A stretch of DNA of 64,000 bases from a bacterium. GTDB lineage: Bacteria; Eisenbacteria; RBG-16-71-46. A program made the position numbers and the translations under genes. Positions 45,989 through 53,193 of the stretch are shown here, piece by piece; the stretch's first letter is position 1; the number at the start of each line of letters is the position of its first letter. The stretch covers positions 3,674 to 67,673 of the forward strand of contig JANNWR010000153.1 of the NCBI GenBank assembly GCA_031408715.1, written 5' to 3'. A model generated the notes under the pieces. It did not search any database. It had not been told where the DNA came from and was given only the letters and a program-made list of their open reading frames with translations.

Positions 45989-47383
45989 ATGTACGGGAGA
46001 ACCCACCGCATCCACTTCATCGGTATCGGCGGCAGTGGCATGAGCGGGCTGGCCGAGGTTCTGCTCAACATGGGCTATGAGGTCAGCGGCAGCGACTTGA
46101 AGGCCACCGACGTCACCGACCGTATCGTCAGCCTCGGCGGGCGCGTGTTCCCCGGGCATGCCGCGTCGAACGTGGAAGGCGCGCAGGTCGTGGTGTACTC
46201 GTCGGCGGTCAAGCCCGACAATCCCGAACTCTCGGCGGCCCGCGCGGCCGCGATCCCGGTCATCCCCCGCGCCGACATGCTGGCCGAGCTCATGCGCATG
46301 AAGTACGGCGTCGCCATCGGCGGCTCGCACGGCAAGACGACGACGACGAGCATGGTCGCGGTGGTGCTGCAGCGCGGCGGGCTGGACCCGACGATCGTCG
46401 TCGGCGGACGGCTCAAGGCACTCGGGGCGAACGCCCAGTTGGGGCATGGCCGCTTCCTCGTGGCCGAGGCCGACGAGAGCGACGGCTCGTTCCTGCGCCT
46501 GGCGCCAGCCGTCACGGTGATCACGAACATCGATCGCGAGCACCTCGACCACTACAAGGACCTGGACGACATCCGCCAGGCGTTCATCTACTTCGCGAAC
46601 CGGGTGCCGTTCTACGGCGTCAGCGTGTTGTGCGTCGACGACGAACACGTGCGCGGCATCCTGCCGAGCGTGACCAAGCGGCACATCCTGTACGGCACGA
46701 GGCCCGGCGCCGAGATCCGTGGTGTCGACCTCACGCTGAAGCCACAGGGCTCGGTGTTCCAGGTCGAAGCGGCAGGGCGCATGCTCGGCGAGATCGAACT
46801 GCACGTACCCGGCCGGCACAATGCGCTGAACGCGCTGGCGGCCGTGGCCGTGGGCCTCGAGCTGGAGATCGGGTTCGCGCACATCGCCGAGGCGCTGGCG
46901 GGCTTTCGCGGCGTGGGACGGCGCTTCGAACTGCGCGGGGAAGCGGCGGGTGTGCGCGTATTCGACGATTACGGTCATCATCCGACCGAGATCGCCGCGA
47001 CTCTGGCCGCCGCCAAGGGGCTCGGGGGCCGGGTGCTGATCGTGTTCCAGCCGCATCGTTACTCGCGCACGGAGGCGCTGCGCGCGGAGTTCGGTCGTTG
47101 TTTCGGCGATGCCGACATGGCCTGGGTGCTCGACGTGTACGCCGCGGGCGAACCGCCGATTCCCGGCGTGAGCGGGCGGACCGTGGTGGATTCCGCGCGT
47201 GAGCAAGGGGCCTCGCACGTGCACTTCACGCCCACGCATGCGGAGGCGGTCGAGGCCGCACTGCGCGAGGCGCGCGCCGGCGACGTGCTGCTGACGCTGG
47301 GTGCGGGCGACGTCTCGAAACTCGGGGACCTCCTGCTGGCCGGGCTGCGGCGCACCGGCGCGGTCGCTGGCGGCGAGCGATGA
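45989..47383 (+). CDS. murC: UDP-N-acetylmuramate--L-alanine ligase
   Basis: Motifs are IHFIGIGGSGMSGLAEVLLNMGYEVSGSD, GSHGKTTTTSM and DDYGHHPTEI. Confidence 0.9.
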   Translation: MYGRTHRIHFIGIGGSGMSGLAEVLLNMGYEVSGSDLKATDVTDRIVSLGGRVFPGHAASNVEGAQVVVYSSAVKPDNPELSAARAAAIPVIPRADMLAELMRMKYGVAIGGSHGKTTTTSMVAVVLQRGGLDPTIVVGGRLKALGANAQLGHGRFLVAEADESDGSFLRLAPAVTVITNIDREHLDHYKDLDDIRQAFIYFANRVPFYGVSVLCVDDEHVRGILPSVTKRHILYGTRPGAEIRGVDLTLKPQGSVFQVEAAGRMLGEIELHVPGRHNALNALAAVAVGLELEIGFAHIAEALAGFRGVGRRFELRGEAAGVRVFDDYGHHPTEIAATLAAAKGLGGRVLIVFQPHRYSRTEALRAEFGRCFGDADMAWVLDVYAAGEPPIPGVSGRTVVDSAREQGASHVHFTPTHAEAVEAALREARAGDVLLTLGAGDVSKLGDLLLAGLRRTGAVAGGER

Positions 47384-48267
47384 GCGCGCGCCCCACTGCT
47401 GGCACGAAGGGGAGACGCAGCATGATGACGCGTTACCAGGGCAAGGCACTCGAACGCGGGCCGGTCGCTCGTGGCAAGAACCCGCGCCAGACCGGGCTGC
47501 CGGTCCAGAAGTCACTGCGCATCCTCGCGGTCATGGGGGGATTGATCGCGCTCGCCATGGTTCCGTGGGCGGACCTGCGGAAGAAACTGCTCGTCATCGA
47601 CCGCATCCAGGTCACCGGCCTGCGCTATCTGGATGCCAGCAAGGTCCGCAAGCGCTCAGGGCTCGCCACCGGGCAGGACCTGTGGGACCTCGACGTCACG
47701 CGAGCCCGGCAGATGGTGCTGCTCGAGCCGCGCATCGCCAGCGCGCGCGTGCGCCGCTCGGGTTTGCGCGGCGTCGAGATCCAGATCGTGGAACGGGTGC
47801 CCATGCTGGCGGTCGACCACGGCGAGCCGTGGGAGATCGATGCCGAGGGCGTGCTGCTGGAGCCGCTCCAGGCCGGCGTCGTCGCCGACGTGCCGCTGCT
47901 GGCGGGCCCGGATTTCTCGAACCGTCGTCCCGGCAGCCTGATCCAGACCCCCGAGGTGCGAAGAGGACTCGCGTGGACGGCGATTTTGAGCGACAATGCG
48001 CTCCGGCTCGCCGGGCAGGTCTCGGAGGTGGACGTCTCCGATGCCCGCATCACCCGACTCGTGTTGTTGAACGGTGTTCGGGTGGTCGCTCCGGCGTGGC
48101 CGAATGGCGCGCGGCAGTTGTCCGGACTGCGCGCCACGCTCGCCGATCTCAGTGCAAAGGGCATGACGCCCCGAGAGGTCGACGTGCGGTTCAAGGATCA
48201 GATCGTCGTGCGCGGTGCCAAGCCGGATCACCCCATCGCCACGACCACGACATCTCGCGAGAGTTGA
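47380..48267 (+). CDS. ftsQ: cell division protein FtsQ (POTRA domain)
   Basis: ATG 47380 overlaps the murC stop; an alternative start is ATG 47422. It has one TM helix (LRILAVMGGLIALAMV). A POTRA-like segment follows (IDRIQVTGLRYLDASKVRKRSGL...G.DLWDLD). Confidence 0.75.
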   Translation: MSARPTAGTKGRRSMMTRYQGKALERGPVARGKNPRQTGLPVQKSLRILAVMGGLIALAMVPWADLRKKLLVIDRIQVTGLRYLDASKVRKRSGLATGQDLWDLDVTRARQMVLLEPRIASARVRRSGLRGVEIQIVERVPMLAVDHGEPWEIDAEGVLLEPLQAGVVADVPLLAGPDFSNRRPGSLIQTPEVRRGLAWTAILSDNALRLAGQVSEVDVSDARITRLVLLNGVRVVAPAWPNGARQLSGLRATLADLSAKGMTPREVDVRFKDQIVVRGAKPDHPIATTTTSRES

Positions 48268-48289
48268 AGCCACCGAGGGAGGGACCCCC

Positions 48290-49525
48290 ATGGCGCAGGC
48301 TGCAAAGATCTACGCTGGACTGGATATCGGCACCACGAAGATCTCGTGCATCATCGCCGACCAGAGCGCCTCGGGTGAACTGCGCATCGTGGGAGTGGGT
48401 AACTCTCCCAGCGAAGGACTGCGTCGCGGTGCCGTGGTCGACCTCGAGAAGACCGTCGCCAGCATCATGCGCGCGGTGGAAGAGGCCGAGCGCATGGCCG
48501 GTGTCCAGGCCAAAGGCGTGCACGCCGGTATTGCGGGCGACCACATCCGCAGCCTCAACAGCCGCGGGGTCGTGGCCGTGTCGCGCAAGGACAACGAGAT
48601 CCATGCCGCCGACGTCGCGCGGGTGATCGAGGCCGCCAAGGCCATCGCGATCCCCACGGACCGCGAGATCATCCATGTCATCCCGCAGGAATTCATCGTC
48701 GACGATCAGGACGGCATCAAGGATCCGGTCGGCATGAGCGGCGTGCGCCTGGAAGCCGAAGTGCACATCATCACCGGCGCGGTCACGAGCGCGCGCAACA
48801 TCTGCCGCGCCATCCAGCGCGCCGGGCTCAAGGTCTACGACCTCACACTCGAACCGCTCGCCTCGGCGGCCGCGGTGCTCGACGAGGACGAGAAGGACCT
48901 GGGCGTCGTGTTGCTCGATCTGGGCGGCGGCACGACCGACGTCGCGGTGTTCCACGAAGGTGCGGTGCGCCACACCAGCATCATCCCATTCGGTGGCGCG
49001 AACGTCACCAGCGACATCGCCATCGGGCTGCGCACACCCATCGACAAGGCGGAGACGATCAAGATCCAGTTCGGCGCCGCGCTCGCTTCCATGGTGCACG
49101 GCGATGAGACCGTGAGTGTGTCGGGCGTCGGGGGCCGAGGCGACAAGGAGATCTCGCGCCAGCTGCTCGCCTCGATGATCGAACCGCGCATGGAAGAGAT
49201 CTTCGCGCTCGCGAACAAGGAAGTCCGCAAGAACCACTTCGCGCCCCTGATCGGTGGCGGCGTCGTGCTCACCGGCGGTACTTCGCTGCTGCCGGGCGCG
49301 GTGGAGCTCGCCGAGCAGGTGTTCGAGATGCCGGTTCGCATGGGGCTGCCTCGCGGCCTCGGTGGACTGTCCGCCAATGTGTGCGATCCGCGCTACGCCA
49401 CGGGTGTGGGGCTGGTGCTGCACGCAGCAAGGTCACACGAAGGGACGTTCGATTTCGTCGAGGTGGGACCGTCCAAGACCCGGGCGAGGTTCGACCTGCG
49501 CAACTGGTTCGCCGACCTTTTCTAG
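48290..49525 (+). CDS. ftsA: cell division protein FtsA
   Basis: Start is ATG 48290 inside ORF 48215..49525. Actin-fold motifs are YAGLDIGTTKISCII, LLDLGGGTTDVAVF and VLTGGTSLLPG. The C-terminal amphipathic helix is RNWFADLF. Confidence 0.9.
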   Translation: MAQAAKIYAGLDIGTTKISCIIADQSASGELRIVGVGNSPSEGLRRGAVVDLEKTVASIMRAVEEAERMAGVQAKGVHAGIAGDHIRSLNSRGVVAVSRKDNEIHAADVARVIEAAKAIAIPTDREIIHVIPQEFIVDDQDGIKDPVGMSGVRLEAEVHIITGAVTSARNICRAIQRAGLKVYDLTLEPLASAAAVLDEDEKDLGVVLLDLGGGTTDVAVFHEGAVRHTSIIPFGGANVTSDIAIGLRTPIDKAETIKIQFGAALASMVHGDETVSVSGVGGRGDKEISRQLLASMIEPRMEEIFALANKEVRKNHFAPLIGGGVVLTGGTSLLPGAVELAEQVFEMPVRMGLPRGLGGLSANVCDPRYATGVGLVLHAARSHEGTFDFVEVGPSKTRARFDLRNWFADLF

Positions 49526-49588
49526 ATCCATCACGCCGGGTGTTGAAGCGGGCATGACGCCCGTGAGCCCGAACCAGGGAGGGTGCAC

Positions 49589-50773
49589 ATGTCCACGTTC
49601 GAACTCGAGATCGACCGGAACAACTCCGCCAAGCTCAAGGTCATCGGCTGCGGTGGCGCCGGTGGCAACGCCGTCAACCGGATGATCGGCGCGGGGCTTC
49701 GCGGAGTGGAGTTCATCGTCGCCAACACCGACATGCAGGCGTTGTCGCAGTCGCTGGCCCCGACGCGTATCCAGATCGGCGTGGGCACGACACGCGGCCT
49801 GGGTTCGGGTGGTGACCCCGCGACGGGCCGTCGTTCGGCCGAAGAAGACGAAGCCGCCATCACCGAGGCGCTCGCCGACGCCGACATGGTGTTCATCACC
49901 GCCGGCATGGGCGGTGGCACGGGCACGGGCTCCGCTCCGGTGGTCGCGCGGCTCGCGCGACTGGCCGGTGCGCTCACCGTGGCCGTGGTCACGAAGCCGT
50001 TCGGTTTCGAGGGCCGCCGCCGTCAGCGTCAGGCTGAAGAGGGTCTGGCCGAACTGCGCGCCGAGGTCGACACCCTGCTGGTGATCCCCAATGAGCGCCT
50101 GCTGTCCGTGGTCGACAAGGCCACATCGCTGTCCGAGGCGTTCGCGGTCGCCGACAACGTCCTGCTCCAGGCCACCAAGGGCATCTCGGAACTGGTCACG
50201 GTGCCGGGCCTCGTGAATCTCGACTTCGCCGACGTCAAGAGCATCATGGCGTGCCGCGGCAACGCGCTCATGGGTACCGGGCGGGGCAGCGGCCCGAACC
50301 GTGCCATCGACGCAGCCAGTGCGGCCGTCTCGAGCCCGCTGCTCGAGGACGTCTCGATCCATGGCGCCGAGGGCGTGCTCGTCAATATCACCGGTGGCCG
50401 CGATCTCACACTGCATGAGGTCAACGAGGCCGCTCAGGTCGTCACGCAGGCGGCGGGCGAAGACGCGAATGTCATCTTCGGAGCGGTCATCGACCCGTCG
50501 CTCGACGGCGACCTGCTCATCACGGTCGTCGCGACCGGCTTCGGTGCGCACAGCCAGGGCATGCGTCTCGCCGAACGTGCCCAGCGCAGCGCGCCGGTGA
50601 TCTCGGCTGCGGCCCTGGCGGCCGCTGCCGCCGTGTTGCCCGAGGGCGCCGACCTGTCCGGGCTGTCCGCGCCGGCGTGGCAGCGTCGTGAAGGCCGGCC
50701 GCAGTGGGGACGCACGGGCTCGCGCGGAGACTCGCTCGAGGTGCCGACGTTCCTGCGCCGCCAGATGGACTGA
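49589..50773 (+). CDS. ftsZ: cell division protein FtsZ
   Basis: Motifs are [16 protein letters not shown], the tubulin signature [13 protein letters not shown], and NLDFADV. The C-terminal peptide is [14 protein letters not shown] 49589 has GGGAGGG upstream; GTG 49583 is an alternative start. Confidence 0.95.
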   Translation: MSTFELEIDRNNSAKLKVIGCGGAGGNAVNRMIGAGLRGVEFIVANTDMQALSQSLAPTRIQIGVGTTRGLGSGGDPATGRRSAEEDEAAITEALADADMVFITAGMGGGTGTGSAPVVARLARLAGALTVAVVTKPFGFEGRRRQRQAEEGLAELRAEVDTLLVIPNERLLSVVDKATSLSEAFAVADNVLLQATKGISELVTVPGLVNLDFADVKSIMACRGNALMGTGRGSGPNRAIDAASAAVSSPLLEDVSIHGAEGVLVNITGGRDLTLHEVNEAAQVVTQAAGEDANVIFGAVIDPSLDGDLLITVVATGFGAHSQGMRLAERAQRSAPVISAAALAAAAAVLPEGADLSGLSAPAWQRREGRPQWGRTGSRGDSLEVPTFLRRQMD

Positions 50774-50952
50774 GCCGGGAGTATTCATGAACCGTGAGCC
50801 GAGAAGGCCGGATGTCCGTGAAGCGCAAGGAGCTGGCATGGCCTGCGACGCAGTCGTGTTGTCTACACCACGAGGAGCAGGCCATGTCAGCTCCGCAGCG
50901 ATTCATGGGCAGCCGGCCTTCGCAGGCCACGGGCTCATGAATACTCCCGGCT
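50773..50952. repeat. 180-nt imperfect palindrome / rod-like hairpin filling the ftsZ-TPR intergenic gap
   Basis: The outer stem is a perfect 18 bp (50773-50790 AGCCGGGAGTATTCATGA with 50935-50952 TCATGAATACTCCCGGCT). Nested helices are 50792-96/50928-32, 50803-11/50913-21 (GAAGGCCGG/CCGGCCTTC) and 50829-46/50877-94 (18 bp with one G-U). An apical 5-bp stem is 50854-58/50869-73. Confidence 0.8.
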
Positions 50953-50956
50953 AGCG

Positions 50957-52615
50957 ATGGCGTTCCTGTCGTCGCTGGTGAAGTGGGGGCACACGCGCCG
51001 CTACAACGAGGGCATCCTCCACTTCAACCACGGCGAGTTCGAACGAGCAGCGGAGTGCTTCGAGCGCGTGCTGCAGGAAGTGCCGGATCCCAACGATCCG
51101 GATCATTGCCTGGCACTCGTGCATGCCGCCGAGGCCCGCGCCAATCTGGGCCTGGCCTACCAGCATGGCGGCGACTACTCCCGTGCCGAGACCGAGTTCA
51201 CGCGCGCGCTGGAAGAGAATCCCACCTTTCCGGACTTGCGCTACCAGCGCGCCCGCATCTACGAGCGCTCGGGGCGCATCGATGAAGCCATCGCGGACCT
51301 GGAACAAGCGCTCGGCGAGCATCCCCACTATATGGAAGCGCACCTGCTGCTCGCAGTCTGCCTGGGAGCGAAGGGCGACCTCGAGCGCTCGGCCGCCGAA
51401 CTGGGTGAGGCGCTCGCACTCGGGCTCGAGGCCCCGGACTGGGTGACGCCCGAGGTCTCGCGGGAGTGGACCGGCGAGCAGTGGCGCCGGCTGCTTCCGG
51501 GTGCTTCGGACACGCGTTCGGCGCGCGGGCCGCTCGATGAGGCACTGGCGCGACAGCAGGCCGGCGATCTGGCCGGTGCCATCGCCGCGCTCGCGCACGC
51601 CGTGACCGACAAGCCCGGCTACGCCGACCTGCGCTGCCGGCTCGCGAGCCTGCTCGTGGAAGCCAAGCGCTTCGATGAGGCGCTCGGGCACCTGCGCGTG
51701 GCGCTTGAGCTCAATCCGCGTTATCTGGAAGCGCGGATGGTCGCCGCGCGTGCCGAACTCGAGCGCGGCGATGCGGCCGCGGCTGAGTCGCACGTCAGCG
51801 CCGCACTCGAGGCGCACCCGCAGTATCCCGACCTGTGGTTCTGGCTCGGCCTCGTGCGTTTCCGCGGCGGCGACCTGGAGGGCGCGGTCGAGCCGCTCGA
51901 GAAGGCGGTTGACCTGAACCGGCAGTTCGCGCGGGCGCAGCGCCTGTTGGGGCTCGTCTACCACGCTCTCGGCCGCACCGACGACGCCCTGCGCGCCGTG
52001 CGCCGCGGGCTCGCACGCGGCACTGAGGCGGCCCAGGGTGCCCTCGCCGAGTCTCAGTTGCTCTACGAGATGGGGGACCTGTCGGGGGCGGAAGACTCGC
52101 TGCGCCGTGCGGTCGCGGTGAGCCCGGACTGGCCTGATCTCCATCTGGCGCTGGCGCGCGTCCTGCGCACACAGGACCGGCTCGAGGAGTCGGGAACGAC
52201 CTACGAGCGGGCGCTCGAACTGAAGCCGGACTACGACGCTGCTTCGCTCGAACGCGCCGCCCTGGCGCTCGAGATGGGCCGCCCCGACATGGCTGCAGCG
52301 CGGCTCGTCGCGCTGCTGGAACGTCGCGCGAACTGGGCCGATGCGCACGCCCTGCTGGGTCGGGCACGGCTGTCGCTAGGGGATGCCGCGGGTGCCGAGA
52401 CGGCGTTGCGTGCGGCCATCGCCCTGCATCCCGGATTCGCTGCGGCGCGCGCCGACCTGGGCTGGGCACTGCTGCGGCTCGGCCGTGCCATCGAAGCCGA
52501 TCGGGAGTTCGCGTTGGCGCTCGAGCTGGACCCGCTGCATGCGCTGCCGCGCGATCAGATGGCGTGGCGGGAACTCCTGACGACGAGCCGCACCGAGAGC
52601 GGAGAAGCGCGCTAG
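50957..52615 (+). CDS. tetratricopeptide (TPR) repeat protein
   Basis: The 552-aa protein has 34-residue TPR periodicity throughout (e.g. ANLGLAYQHGGDYSRAETEFTRALEENPTFPDL, RARIYERSGRIDEAIADLEQALGEHPHYMEA). Confidence 0.8.
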   Translation: MAFLSSLVKWGHTRRYNEGILHFNHGEFERAAECFERVLQEVPDPNDPDHCLALVHAAEARANLGLAYQHGGDYSRAETEFTRALEENPTFPDLRYQRARIYERSGRIDEAIADLEQALGEHPHYMEAHLLLAVCLGAKGDLERSAAELGEALALGLEAPDWVTPEVSREWTGEQWRRLLPGASDTRSARGPLDEALARQQAGDLAGAIAALAHAVTDKPGYADLRCRLASLLVEAKRFDEALGHLRVALELNPRYLEARMVAARAELERGDAAAAESHVSAALEAHPQYPDLWFWLGLVRFRGGDLEGAVEPLEKAVDLNRQFARAQRLLGLVYHALGRTDDALRAVRRGLARGTEAAQGALAESQLLYEMGDLSGAEDSLRRAVAVSPDWPDLHLALARVLRTQDRLEESGTTYERALELKPDYDAASLERAALALEMGRPDMAAARLVALLERRANWADAHALLGRARLSLGDAAGAETALRAAIALHPGFAAARADLGWALLRLGRAIEADREFALALELDPLHALPRDQMAWRELLTTSRTESGEAR

Positions 52616-52670
52616 AGCGCTGCGCTGATCAGCGCGTGTCCCCGGTCGGTCCAGCGGTCGGGGAAGAGCG

Positions 52671-52700
52671 CAGGCCCGGTTCCGCGAGGAACCGGGCCTG
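52671..52700. terminator. bidirectional hairpin terminator between convergent TPR gene and rpmB
   Basis: CAGGCCCGGTTCC-GCGA-GGAACCGGGCCTG forms a perfect 13-bp stem with a 4-nt loop. It is located between the stops at 52615 (+) and 52725 (-). Confidence 0.6.
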
Positions 52701-52724
52701 CGATATCAGTCCAGCGGTCGCGCG

Positions 52725-52943
52725 TCAGACGGCGGCTGCGGCGGCCTTCACTCCGCGGACGGCCTTCTGGATCTTGCCACCGCGGATGCAGCGCGTGCAG
52801 ACCGGGACCTGCTTCGCACGGCCGTCCACCAGCGCGCGCACATTCTGGATGTTCGGCTTGAACATGCGCTTGGTGATGTTGTTGGCGTGGCTGACATTCT
52901 GGCCCGCCATCCGCATCTTGCCGCAAACGAAGCACTTCGCCAT
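52725..52943 (-). CDS. rpmB: 50S ribosomal protein L28 (Cys-containing zinc-ribbon form)
   Basis: The translation is [41 protein letters not shown]...[16 protein letters not shown] lies 7 nt upstream of ATG (52943). The listed ORF 52725..52988 was trimmed to this start. Confidence 0.9.
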   Translation of the reverse strand: MAKCFVCGKMRMAGQNVSHANNITKRMFKPNIQNVRALVDGRAKQVPVCTRCIRGGKIQKAVRGVKAAAAAV

Positions 52944-53020
52944 GGGAATCTCCTTGCAGAAACACGGCCCGCGGGGGGGCTTGCGCACCCGTGGGCCTCG
53001 AGGTCATCAAGAGCCGGGGG

Positions 53021-53050
53021 ACTATAGCTGGGAGGCCCCCCGGCTGGCAA
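53021..53050 (-). promoter_or_regulatory. candidate sigma70 promoter for rpmB
   Basis: On the minus strand, TTGCCA (53050-53045) is followed by an 18-nt spacer and TATAGT (53026-53021). This lies ~78 nt upstream of the rpmB ATG. Confidence 0.4.
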
Positions 53051-53193
53051 GCGGCCGCAGGCCCGCGTCCGGGGCGGTTCCCGGGGAGCTCCGGAGGGGT
53101 CCTGTCGCCAGCCATGGCCCGCTTCCCGGACCGGGCTCCTGCCCCTTATGGTGCGGCGAGCCCCACCGCTGCGCACTTTCGCTCTGCGACCCC

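Noticed and set aside
50787-50954. A 55-codon ORF (MNREPRRPDV...MNTPG) lies inside the palindromic element, preceded by GGGAG.
   Set aside because: About 40% of its codons end in A/T, against a small minority in neighbouring genes. The ORF is a by-product of the palindrome, because the SD-like GGGAG and the ATG are part of the 18-bp stem. It is treated as non-coding, but ribosome profiling could revisit this.
52564-53193. The recG reading frame extends upstream, so the ORF track gives 912 aa starting at 52564.
   Set aside because: The extension overlaps rpmB on the opposite strand and the terminator, and translates to low-complexity sequence. RecG homology begins near ATG 53194.
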